The notes under the pieces are model-generated. The model searched no databases. It had not been told where the DNA came from and was given only the letters and a program-made list of their open reading frames with translations. This document shows positions 41,021 through 49,978 of a DNA stretch of 64,000 nt, piece after piece. Source of the DNA: a virus (taxonomy: Duplodnaviria > Heunggongvirae > Uroviricota > Caudoviricetes); IMG/VR virus record IMGVR_UViG_2576861193_000004, positions 32,001 to 96,000 of that record. One strand, given 5' to 3'. The first letter of the stretch is position 1. Each line of letters opens with the position of its first letter. Position numbers and translations under genes: made by a program.

Positions 41021-41172
41021 TCCATCACATAAAAATCGCGTTTATATATTATCAATTTTCTCACTTGTATAACCTAAATACGCATCCGTTTATCAATCCA
41101 CCTTCCACAAACATCAGCTTTAGCTATGAAAAATAACAATCTCAAAGTGAAAACCATTATCATAGGAAACGA

Positions 41173-41358
41173 TTAGATGAGATGGTCTAATTCATCATCT
41201 ATCATTGCTTTAACACTTGAGTCATTAACCCCGTATTGATTTATGAGCCGTTTCAGCTCCGGTGAAAACTGAAGGTAGATATCGTGAGCGTTTTTCACTG
41301 TAGGTTCAACGCCACGCATTTCAAGCGCCTTTAGTAGATATGAGTCTTCTTTAAGCAT
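41173..41358 (-). CDS. hypothetical small protein
   Basis: 61-aa ORF between two early-type genes. Confidence 0.3.
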   Translation of the reverse strand: MLKEDSYLLKALEMRGVEPTVKNAHDIYLQFSPELKRLINQYGVNDSSVKAMIDDELDHLI

Positions 41359-41394
41359 AAATTCTCCGTTATCTAGTATGAAGCGATTGCCGGA

Positions 41395-41694
41395 TTACCA
41401 TTGCCAGCACTCTAGCCCTTCAACGACCGGTGCACCACAATCAAAATGTACAGAGTCAAAGCCTACATCAAGTACTTTCTGAATGTTAGCAATCGCGCCT
41501 TCGGATATACCATATCGACGCAAGTCATCTTTCCAGACATCATCCTGTAACCCGGCGTGGACAATACAACCGCCATCAATTTGTGAAACCCAATCCAGCT
41601 CATTGCTTGCGATCATGAATCGGCGAGCATCTTCCTCTGATGTATGAGATGAACTGATCAATGCCACCTGGTAGGCTTGGGTAATGTTCAACAT
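41395..41694 (-). CDS. hypothetical protein (early-type cassette gene)
   Basis: ORF preceded by two copies of the AACAAnTTGTT palindrome flanking a GATAAT -10-like hexamer. Starts about 160 bp downstream of the metG terminator. Confidence 0.5.
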   Translation of the reverse strand: MLNITQAYQVALISSSHTSEEDARRFMIASNELDWVSQIDGGCIVHAGLQDDVWKDDLRRYGISEGAIANIQKVLDVGFDSVHFDCGAPVVEGLECWQW

Positions 41695-41702
41695 TTCAAC
41701 AA

Positions 41703-41780
41703 CTCCGAAACAATTTGTTTTCTTATGTGGCTTATTATCTCAATCAACAAAAGGTAGAAAACAAATTGTTTTAGGGTTTG
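41703..41780 (-). promoter_or_regulatory. conserved promoter-palindrome cassette (two AACAAnTTGTT sites flanking GATAAT)
   Basis: GAAACAATTTGTTTTC (41707-41722) and GAAAACAAATTGTTTTA (41757-41773) around a minus-strand GATAAT hexamer. The same cassette is upstream of genes starting at 36729, 37454, 38405, 38888, 55263, 55986 and terS. Confidence 0.6.
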
Positions 41781-41807
41781 TTAAAGTCAGAAGGGGTTGT
41801 GTCTATA

Positions 41808-41836
41808 TGAAAATGCCCAGCGTGTTGCCGGGCATT
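41808..41836 (-). terminator. metG terminator
   Basis: Hairpin ATGCCC...GGGCAT followed by T-run on minus strand, 20 bp after the metG stop. Confidence 0.6.
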
Positions 41837-41855
41837 GCGAACAGAGGTTGTTTAA

Positions 41856-43889
41856 TTACTTAACCTGGTGGCCTGGTTTAGCACCAGCATCCGGGCTTAA
41901 CAGGAAGATATCTTTCCCGCCGGGGCCAGCAGCCATCACCATGCCTTCGGAGATACCGAAGCGCATTTTACGCGGAGCCAGGTTAGCCACCATAATGGTG
42001 TGACGACCAATCAGTGCCTGTGGGTCTGGATAAGCAGAACGGATGCCTGAGAAGACATTACGCTTTTCACCACCGAGATCCAGTGTCAGACGCAGCAGTT
42101 TGTCAGAACCTTCGACAAACTCCGCGTTTTCAATCAGCGCCACACGCAGGTCAACTTTGGCGAAGTCGTCAAAGGTGATGGTTTCCTGAATCGGGTCGTC
42201 AGCCAGTGGGCCAGTTACCGGTGCAGCTGTGGCTTTCACTTCTTCTTTGGATGCTTCCACCAGTGCTTCCACCTGTTTCATATCGATACGGTTATACAGT
42301 GCCTTGAACGGATTCACTTTATGGCCCAGCAGCGGTTGCTGGATACCATCCCAGGTCAGTTCTGTATTCAGGAATGCTTCTGCACGTTCAGTCAGTTTCG
42401 GCAGTACCGGTTTCAGGTACGTCATCAGCACGCGGAACAGGTTAATGCCCATAGAGCAAATCGCCTGCAGGTCGGCATCGCGGCCTTCCTGCTTCGCCAC
42501 CACCCACGGAGCCTGTTCATCAACATAGCGGTTAGCCAGGTCAGCCAGTGACATGATTTCACGGATAGCTTTGCCAAATTCGCGGCTTTCCCACGCTTCA
42601 CCAATCACTTCAGCGGCATCAGTGAAGGTTTTGTACAGTTGCGGGTCAGCCAGTTCGCTTGCCAGCACGCCGTCAAAACGTTTGTTGATAAAACCTGCAT
42701 TACGGGAGGCCAGGTTAACCACTTTGTTCACGATATCGGCATTCACGCGCTGAACAAAATCTTCCAGGTTGAGATCGATATCATCAATGCGCGAAGAGAG
42801 TTTCGCAGTGTAGTAGTAACGCAGGCTGTCGGCGTCAAAATGATTCAGCCAGGTGCTGGCTTTAATAAAGGTGCCGCGAGACTTGGACATCTTCGCGCCG
42901 TTCACCGTCACATAGCCGTGAACAAACAGGTTGGTCGGCTTGCGGAAGTTGCTGCCTTCCAGCATGGCAGGCCAGAACAGGCTGTGGAAGTAAACGATAT
43001 CTTTACCGATGAAGTGGTACAGCTCGGCGGTGGAGTCTTTCTTCCAGTATTCGTCGAAGCTGGTAGTGTCGCCGCGTTTGTCGCACAGATTCTTGAAGGA
43101 ACCCATGTAGCCAATCGGCGCGTCCAGCCAGACGTAGAAATATTTGCCCGGTGCGTTCGGAATTTCAAAACCGAAGTACGGCGCATCGCGGGAGATATCC
43201 CACTGTTGCAGGCCAGATTCAAACCACTCCTGCATTTTGTTTGCCACCTGCTCCTGCAACGCACCGCTGCGGGTCCATGCCTGCAACATTTCGCTGAAAG
43301 AGGGCAGATCAAAGAAGAAGTGTTCAGAATCACGCATTACCGGCGTAGCGCCAGAAACCACCGATTTCGGCTCGATCAATTCAGTCGGGCTATATGTTGC
43401 GCCGCAGACTTCACAGTTATCGCCGTATTGATCTGGCGCTTTACATTTAGGACAGGTGCCTTTTACAAAACGGTCCGGCAGGAACATGCCTTTTTCCGGG
43501 TCGTACAACTGAGAGATAGTGCGGTTTTTAATAAAACCGTTCTCTTTCAGGCGAGTATAGATAAGCTCAGACAACTGACGGTTCTCTTCGCTGTGCGTCG
43601 AGTGATAGTTGTCATAGCTGATGTTAAAGCCTGCGAAATCAGTCTGGTGTTCCTGACTCATTTCGCCAATCATCTGCTCCGGTGTGATACCAAGCTGCTG
43701 TGCTTTCAGCATGATCGGCGTACCGTGGGCATCGTCGGCACAGATGAAATTAACCTCGTGGCCGCGCATTCGCTGGTAACGAACCCAGACATCAGCCTGG
43801 ATGTGCTCCAGCATATGGCCGAGGTGGATTGAGCCGTTAGCGTACGGCAGCGCGCACGTCACCAGAATTTTCTTCGCGACTTGGGTCAT
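41856..43889 (-). CDS. metG: methionine--tRNA ligase
   Basis: 677-aa product essentially identical by eye to E. coli MetG ([29 protein letters not shown]...KMSKS...). Track ORF begins at an upstream in-frame start; true ATG at 43889. Confidence 0.95.
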   Translation of the reverse strand: MTQVAKKILVTCALPYANGSIHLGHMLEHIQADVWVRYQRMRGHEVNFICADDAHGTPIMLKAQQLGITPEQMIGEMSQEHQTDFAGFNISYDNYHSTHSEENRQLSELIYTRLKENGFIKNRTISQLYDPEKGMFLPDRFVKGTCPKCKAPDQYGDNCEVCGATYSPTELIEPKSVVSGATPVMRDSEHFFFDLPSFSEMLQAWTRSGALQEQVANKMQEWFESGLQQWDISRDAPYFGFEIPNAPGKYFYVWLDAPIGYMGSFKNLCDKRGDTTSFDEYWKKDSTAELYHFIGKDIVYFHSLFWPAMLEGSNFRKPTNLFVHGYVTVNGAKMSKSRGTFIKASTWLNHFDADSLRYYYTAKLSSRIDDIDLNLEDFVQRVNADIVNKVVNLASRNAGFINKRFDGVLASELADPQLYKTFTDAAEVIGEAWESREFGKAIREIMSLADLANRYVDEQAPWVVAKQEGRDADLQAICSMGINLFRVLMTYLKPVLPKLTERAEAFLNTELTWDGIQQPLLGHKVNPFKALYNRIDMKQVEALVEASKEEVKATAAPVTGPLADDPIQETITFDDFAKVDLRVALIENAEFVEGSDKLLRLTLDLGGEKRNVFSGIRSAYPDPQALIGRHTIMVANLAPRKMRFGISEGMVMAAGPGGKDIFLLSPDAGAKPGHQVK

Positions 43890-44046
43890 AGTAGGCATTA
43901 CTTCTTTGTAGTGAAAAGGGGCTTGATAGTAACAAAATGGCCTTATGTCTGCCATGTGATAACAGCATTTCTCATAAATGATTAAATGTCGTAGCTGGAG
44001 TACACTACAAGGCGACAATTGCGCAAATTAAAATAAAGGAGACGGG

Positions 44047-45147
44047 ATGAGCGAGTCCAAATCGCCGGATGCCCTGAGAGCAATGGTAGCCGGTACGCTG
44101 GCTAATTTTCAGCACCCAACCCTGAAACACAACCTGACTACGCTTAAAGCGTTACACCATGTTGCGTTGATGGATGACACACTGCATGTCGAACTAATCA
44201 TGCCTTTCGTGTGGAATAAGCCTTTTGAAGACCTGAAAGAGCAATGTAGTGGTGATCTGCTCCGTATCACTGGCGCAAAGGCTATTGACTGGAAGCTGTC
44301 GTACAACATTGCCACGCTTAAGCGCGTCAAAAACCAACCAGGCATTAATGGCGTTAAGAACATTATCGCCGTCAGCTCAGGCAAGGGCGGCGTGGGTAAA
44401 TCCTCCACGGCGGTAAACCTGGCACTGGCGTTGGCTGCTGAAGGTGCGAAAGTTGGTATTTTGGATGCCGATATCTATGGTCCATCAATTCCAACCATGC
44501 TGGGCGCGGAAAACCAACGTCCAACCTCACCTGACGGTACTCACATGGCACCTATCATGTCTCATGGCCTGGCAACCAACTCTATTGGTTATCTGGTCAC
44601 CGACGACAATGCAATGGTGTGGCGTGGACCGATGGCCAGCAAGGCGCTGATGCAGATGTTGCAGGAAACTCTATGGCCTGATCTGGACTATCTCGTTCTC
44701 GATATGCCGCCGGGCACTGGTGATATTCAGTTGACGCTGGCGCAGAACATTCCTGTAACTGGTGCGGTTGTGGTAACTACGCCGCAAGACATCGCGCTGA
44801 TCGATGCGAAGAAAGGCATTGTGATGTTCGAAAAAGTCGAAGTGCCGGTACTGGGTATCGTCGAAAACATGAGTGTGCATATTTGCAGTAACTGCGGTCA
44901 TCACGAGCCAATTTTTGGCACCGGTGGCGCACAGAAACTGGCCGAGAAATACAACACGCAGTTGTTAGGCCAAATGCCACTTCATATCTCTCTTCGTGAA
45001 GATCTGGATAACGGAACACCAACCGTTATTAGTCGTCCAGATAGCGAATTTACGGCTATTTATCGTGACCTCGCAGATCGCGTTGCTGCCCAAATGTATT
45101 GGCAAGGTGAAGTAATACCTGGCGAAATCGCATTCCGCGCAGTGTGA
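44047..45147 (+). CDS. apbC: iron-sulfur cluster carrier protein ApbC/Mrp
   Basis: P-loop GKGGVGKSSTAVNLA, CxxC motif (CSNCGHHEP), divergent from metG as in E. coli. Confidence 0.95.
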   Translation: MSESKSPDALRAMVAGTLANFQHPTLKHNLTTLKALHHVALMDDTLHVELIMPFVWNKPFEDLKEQCSGDLLRITGAKAIDWKLSYNIATLKRVKNQPGINGVKNIIAVSSGKGGVGKSSTAVNLALALAAEGAKVGILDADIYGPSIPTMLGAENQRPTSPDGTHMAPIMSHGLATNSIGYLVTDDNAMVWRGPMASKALMQMLQETLWPDLDYLVLDMPPGTGDIQLTLAQNIPVTGAVVVTTPQDIALIDAKKGIVMFEKVEVPVLGIVENMSVHICSNCGHHEPIFGTGGAQKLAEKYNTQLLGQMPLHISLREDLDNGTPTVISRPDSEFTAIYRDLADRVAAQMYWQGEVIPGEIAFRAV

Positions 45148-45176
45148 TAAAAAGGCGGTGCATTGCACCGCCTAAT
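45148..45176 (-). terminator. hairpin terminator between apbC and the umuD'-like gene
   Basis: Perfect hairpin GGCGGTGCA-T-TGCACCGCC. The T-run lies on the minus-strand side, so it is oriented for the umuD'-like gene. Confidence 0.55.
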
Positions 45177-45184
45177 CAGTTCTC

Positions 45185-45574
45185 CTACATCACGGGACAA
45201 TCATCAAACTCGCCACTTCTTGCGTCGTTGATAATGTGAGTGATCACACCAAACACGGCATTGCTGCCCGTGCATCCATCGTCATCCTTTGGCAATGCTT
45301 CCTTCTTACCGGTTCTTAAATCCTCCAGATGCTGACGTGGGTACTTCCGGTATCTTTTTACGCGATATTCCCCATCCAGAGCGCATACAAGCAGAGAACC
45401 ATCAACCGGGGTAAGTGAGGAATCGACCACCAGCAATGCACCCTGTAATATTCCCTCACGATGATGACTATCAGCTGCCCTCATGAAGTAGGTCGCTGAA
45501 GGATGTCTAATTATCTGCTGATCAAGAGAAATACGGCTCTCAGCATAATCCGCCGCAGGAGAAGGGAAGCCCAT
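45185..45574 (-). CDS. UmuD'-like (HumD-like) S24 peptidase-fold protein lacking the N-terminal cleavable arm
   Basis: Aligns with UmuD from about residue 25 (GFPSPAADY...HPSATYF). Ser (DSH) and Lys (RVKRY) positions retained. In-frame stop 5 codons upstream of ATG, SD GAGGTG. Confidence 0.8.
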   Translation of the reverse strand: MGFPSPAADYAESRISLDQQIIRHPSATYFMRAADSHHREGILQGALLVVDSSLTPVDGSLLVCALDGEYRVKRYRKYPRQHLEDLRTGKKEALPKDDDGCTGSNAVFGVITHIINDARSGEFDDCPVM

Positions 45575-45592
45575 AGCGTTTTCACCTCAGAG

Positions 45593-45612
45593 TACTGTTT
45601 ATCCATACAGTA
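45593..45612 (-). promoter_or_regulatory. LexA (SOS) box
   Basis: TACTGTTTATCCATACAGTA matches CTGT-N8-ACAG; located about 20 bp upstream of the umuD'-like ATG. Confidence 0.75.
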
Positions 45613-45672
45613 TACATTAAAGATGCTTGAAGTGTGCAATAGCGCGATGCTTTGCGCTCGCCTGGTGGCGCG

Positions 45673-45936
45673 TTATTTTTTGGCTATATCTTCTTTCTGA
45701 TATACCGGATCGTTTCCTTTTGGCAGCAGGAGGCTTAACTGCCGGTAGTGCCGTAGCCGTTCCATGAAATAGGTGCGCAGGTTCTCAGGTTGCTCACGGG
45801 CTACCTGTTCCGCTATGACGGGTATGTTCAATCGCTCTTTGTAGGCAACCCCCCTGGCAGCCAGGTCAACGTTAACTTTATTCCTTTCTTCCTGGCTTTT
45901 AGCTGCTATGTTCCATTCGTTCATATTAAATCCCAT
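45673..45936 (-). CDS. hypothetical protein
   Basis: 87-aa ORF upstream of the LexA box and umuD'-like gene. Start uncertain (ATG 45936 or 45924), weak SD. Confidence 0.35.
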   Translation of the reverse strand: MGFNMNEWNIAAKSQEERNKVNVDLAARGVAYKERLNIPVIAEQVAREQPENLRTYFMERLRHYRQLSLLLPKGNDPVYQKEDIAKK

Positions 45937-46392
45937 CCAGAATAATTGAATAACGGCTATTATTTAGTCGCCGCAATATCTTCAAAGTTTTTTTTCTCAC
46001 CCCATTGCTTTTTGCGCACAGCTTATCTGGCTTGCGGTGCGCGAAATGTAAATTCGCCTTCAGAGTTATCCACAAAGTTATGCACTTGCAACGGGGCCAT
46101 TTTCCTCATACCGTGTTTGCACACACAGGAAATGGATATTTTATTAATTGAATTTTATTAAATAATAATGATAAGGAGAAAATTTGAGATGTAATCATGA
46201 CATTAATAGATAGGGCCTGCATTACAGGCCCCAACTACATCAAGGAATTCACAGTTCCCTGATTTTTATACCGAAAACATGTGCCGTAAGTTCACGTTAA
46301 CGACTTTCTTTCACCGAATCCAACTATATAGAGGTTGGGTTTCTACGTCAACGTGAGAGCACGCAGCTTTACATTAGACGAGGATTACCCTG

Positions 46393-46530
46393 ATGATTGT
46401 ATTTTTTCAGTTTCTAAGTGCATTTTTAAATGCGCCTGTTCTTAGCCAAGTGCTGGCGATTGTCTTCATCGTGGTTCTGATATGGTTTTTCAAGTCAGTG
46501 ATAAACAGAGGCGTGCGCTGGCTTATTTAA
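46393..46530 (+). CDS. small hydrophobic peptide (45 aa, single predicted TM helix)
   Basis: ATG 46393 preceded by SD GAGGA at 9 nt. Sequence MIVFFQFLSAFLNAPVLSQVLAIVFIVVLIWFFKSVINRGVRWLI. Below the ORF-track size cutoff. Confidence 0.3.
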   Translation: MIVFFQFLSAFLNAPVLSQVLAIVFIVVLIWFFKSVINRGVRWLI

Positions 46531-47062
46531 TGTCGCGATGAGATATTAATTCCCTTGCTGTTTAACCATTTTTTGTGTGTGCTGGTGAGCGTGTGAAGGC
46601 TCAATTTGTTGCCCACCAGTATTTACTATTTCTAAGCTCCACAGTGTCACTTCCGCACAAACAACTTAGCGCGGAATCAGTATTCGGCCCAAGATGTAAA
46701 AAGCCAACCTGCGTTATGGTTCGCATTTCCAAATAGTGTTCTGAACGCCCTTGCCGGGCGCGAGATGTAGATTAGCGTTCACGCTATGCTGATATACGGC
46801 TTTAGACTTTCCATATTGCTGACAGGCTTTATCTGCGGTTTTTTGCAGGCTATCCAGCCCATACCAGCCATCAGACTGGATGCTTACCTTTTCACCGTCA
46901 TTGTATTGCACCATCGCGCACCCAAACATGGCTATCATCGCACCGACAATACCACTTTTCCAAAAAGCTCTAATTAGGTCATTCGTTACCTAATGTCCGA
47001 ACTGCTAAAGCATCCAAGTTGCTGTAGAATCACCGCCAATTACATAAGCCTGAAATAAGTGG

Positions 47063-48625
47063 ATGAAAATGACAAGTATTCAACAACGTGCAGAGCTTCA
47101 TCGTCAAATCTGGCAAATTGCTAACGATGTCAGGGGTTCGGTCGATGGATGGGATTTTAAGCAATACGTTCTGGGCGCACTTTTCTACCGTTTTATCAGC
47201 GAAAATTTTTCCAGTTATATTGAAGCCGGTGATGACAGTATCTGTTATGCGAAACTGGATGACAGCGTAATTACTGATGACATTAAAGACGATGCCATCA
47301 AAACTAAAGGCTACTTCATCTACCCCAGTCAGCTTTTCTGCAACGTAGCTGCGAAAGCAAATACTAATGACAGACTGAATGCAGATTTAAACAGCATCTT
47401 CGTTGCTATCGAAAGTTCTGCTTACGGTTATCCTTCAGAAGCAGACATCAAAGGTTTGTTTGCTGATTTCGATACCACCAGTAACCGCCTGGGTAACACC
47501 GTTAAAGATAAAAATGCCCGCCTGGCTGCGGTTCTGAAAGGGGTTGAAGGGTTAAAACTTGGTGACTTCAACGAACATCAGATTGACCTGTTCGGTGATG
47601 CCTATGAGTTCCTGATTTCTAACTATGCGGCAAATGCCGGTAAGTCAGGCGGTGAGTTCTTTACACCGCAGCACGTCTCCAGGCTGATTGCACAACTGGC
47701 AATGCATGGCCAGACCCACGTTAACAAAATCTACGACCCGGCAGCGGGTTCCGGCTCACTGTTGTTGCAGGCGAAAAAACAGTTTGATAACCACATCATC
47801 GAAGAAGGCTTTTTCGGTCAGGAAATCAACCATACGACCTATAACCTGGCGCGTATGAACATGTTTTTGCACAATATCAACTACGACAAGTTTGATATCA
47901 AGCTGGGTAATACACTGACTGAGCCGCACTTCAGAGATGAAAAACCGTTTGACGCCATCGTATCTAACCCACCGTATTCGGTGAAATGGATTGGCAGCGA
48001 TGACCCGACGCTGATTAACGATGAGCGTTTTGCCCCGGCTGGCGTTCTGGCCCCCAAATCCAAAGCTGACTTTGCGTTTGTATTACATGCACTGAACTAT
48101 CTTTCTGCCAAAGGTCGTGCTGCGATTGTCTGCTTCCCGGGTATTTTTTACCGTGGCGGCGCGGAGCAGAAAATCCGTCAGTATCTGGTCGATAATAACT
48201 ATGTCGAAACCGTGATTTCACTGGCACCGAACCTGTTCTTTGGCACCACCATTGCAGTAAACATTCTGGTGCTGTCTAAACATAAAACGGATACCAACGT
48301 TCAGTTTATTGACGCCAGCGAACTGTTCAAAAAAGAGACTAACAACAATATCCTGACCGATGCCCATATCGAACAGATTATGCAGGTATTTGCCAGCAAG
48401 GAAGATGTTGCTCATCTGGCGAAATCTGTCACGTTTGAGACCGTTGTCGCGAATGACTATAACCTGTCGGTAAGCAGCTATGTGGAAGCGAAAGATACTC
48501 GCGAAATTATCGATATCGCTGAGTTGAATGCAGAACTGAAAACCACGGTCAGCAAAATCGACCAGTTGCGTAAAGATATTGATGCGATTGTGGCTGAAAT
48601 TGAAGGCTGCGAGGTGCAGAAATGA
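47063..48625 (+). CDS. hsdM: type I restriction-modification methyltransferase subunit
   Basis: N-terminal HsdM pattern ([10 protein letters not shown]...[17 protein letters not shown]), N6-adenine MTase motif NPPYS, 520 aa as recalled for EcoR124I HsdM. Confidence 0.9.
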   Translation: MKMTSIQQRAELHRQIWQIANDVRGSVDGWDFKQYVLGALFYRFISENFSSYIEAGDDSICYAKLDDSVITDDIKDDAIKTKGYFIYPSQLFCNVAAKANTNDRLNADLNSIFVAIESSAYGYPSEADIKGLFADFDTTSNRLGNTVKDKNARLAAVLKGVEGLKLGDFNEHQIDLFGDAYEFLISNYAANAGKSGGEFFTPQHVSRLIAQLAMHGQTHVNKIYDPAAGSGSLLLQAKKQFDNHIIEEGFFGQEINHTTYNLARMNMFLHNINYDKFDIKLGNTLTEPHFRDEKPFDAIVSNPPYSVKWIGSDDPTLINDERFAPAGVLAPKSKADFAFVLHALNYLSAKGRAAIVCFPGIFYRGGAEQKIRQYLVDNNYVETVISLAPNLFFGTTIAVNILVLSKHKTDTNVQFIDASELFKKETNNNILTDAHIEQIMQVFASKEDVAHLAKSVTFETVVANDYNLSVSSYVEAKDTREIIDIAELNAELKTTVSKIDQLRKDIDAIVAEIEGCEVQK

Positions 48626-49857
48626 GCGAGTTGAGTTATCTGGAAAAATTGCTGGATGGGGTTGAGGTTGAGTGGTTGCCATTGGGGAAACTAGGTGAAT
48701 TAGTTCGTGGAAATGGATTGCCTAAGTCTGATTTTACCGAATCTGGGGTTCCTGCCATACACTATGGTCAGATATATACTTTTTACGGATTATCTACTGA
48801 AACAACAAAGTCATTTGTTTCCCATGAAACGGCGAAGAAGCTTAAAAAGGTTAACTCTGGTGATGTTGTTATTACTAACACAAGCGAAAATTTTACTGAT
48901 GTTGGTAAGGCGCTTGTTTATCTAGGTAAAGAGCAAGCTGTTACTGGTGGCCATGCAACTATTTTCAAGCCAAATAGCACTATTATTGGGAAATACTTTG
49001 CCTATTTCACGCAAACGGATTCTTTTGCAAATGAGAAAAGGAAATACTCCAAGGGAACTAAAGTAATTGATGTGTCTGCATCGGATATGGCGAAAATTAT
49101 TATCCCTATCCCCTGTCCGGAAAATCCCAAAAAATCCCTTGCTATCCAGTCTGAAATCGTTCGGATTCTGGACAAATTTACTGCACTTACCGCTGAGCTT
49201 ACCGCTGAGCTTACCATGCGTAAAAAACAGTACAACTACTATCGCGACCAATTGCTGAGTTTTAAAGAAGGTGAGGTTGAGTGGAAAACTTTGGGAGAAG
49301 TGGCTCAATACTCGAAAACAAGAATTAGTTTCGAACTACTTGATGAAAGGAATTATGTTGGCGTAGATAATCTGCTGCAAAACAGAGCAGGAAAATCATT
49401 ATCTAATCATGTACCCACATCAGGTAAATTAACGGAGTTTATACCTAACGATATACTGATTGGGAATATCCGCCCATATTTGAAAAAAATTTGGCAAGCA
49501 GATTGTATCGGTGGAACAAATGGCGATGTATTGGTTATTCGTTGCATAGATAGCTCAATAAATACCAGATATCTATATCAGATTTTGGCAGATGACAAAT
49601 TCTTTGAATACAACATGCAGCATGCTAAAGGAGCAAAAATGCCGCGTGGCAGTAAAGAGGATATAATGAAATACCCAATCCCTGTACCGCCACTCACCTT
49701 GCAAGCTCGCATTGTCGAAATACTCAACAAATTCGATACCCTGACAAACTCCATCACTGAAGGTCTTCCGCGTGAAATCGAATTACGCCAGAAACAATAC
49801 GAATACTACCGTGATTTACTGTTCAGTTTCCCAAAACCTGAAACTGTCAGTAATTAA
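48622..49857 (+). CDS. hsdS: type I restriction-modification specificity subunit, type IC-like
   Basis: Two target-recognition domains separated by a central conserved region carrying the TAELTAEL repeat. C-terminal YYRDLL repeat of the conserved motif. Overlaps hsdM stop. Confidence 0.9.
   Translation: MSELSYLEKLLDGVEVEWLPLGKLGELVRGNGLPKSDFTESGVPAIHYGQIYTFYGLSTETTKSFVSHETAKKLKKVNSGDVVITNTSENFTDVGKALVYLGKEQAVTGGHATIFKPNSTIIGKYFAYFTQTDSFANEKRKYSKGTKVIDVSASDMAKIIIPIPCPENPKKSLAIQSEIVRILDKFTALTAELTAELTMRKKQYNYYRDQLLSFKEGEVEWKTLGEVAQYSKTRISFELLDERNYVGVDNLLQNRAGKSLSNHVPTSGKLTEFIPNDILIGNIRPYLKKIWQADCIGGTNGDVLVIRCIDSSINTRYLYQILADDKFFEYNMQHAKGAKMPRGSKEDIMKYPIPVPPLTLQARIVEILNKFDTLTNSITEGLPREIELRQKQYEYYRDLLFSFPKPETVSN
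49186..49209 (+). repeat. 2 x 12-bp tandem repeat CTTACCGCTGAG encoding TAEL-TAEL in HsdS
   Basis: Perfect tandem duplication inside the hsdS central conserved region. Confidence 0.9.
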
Positions 49858-49978
49858 TTGACCATTGCTACCGACCGGGCCACCTTAACACCCGGTCTGT
49901 ATATAGACTATTTTTTACGCGCCGGAAGTCACTCTTAACGCCCTTCCGGCCCTTGCCAGGCGGCACAAAGGATGCGCT

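Noticed and set aside
42639-43832. 397-aa plus-strand ORF antisense to metG
   Set aside because: metG on the minus strand is unambiguous; the antisense frame has an implausible Val/Ala/Arg-rich product.
46714-46977. Overlapping 74-aa (minus) and 63-aa (plus) ORFs just upstream of hsdM
   Set aside because: Neither has a convincing SD and they are mutually exclusive; left unannotated.
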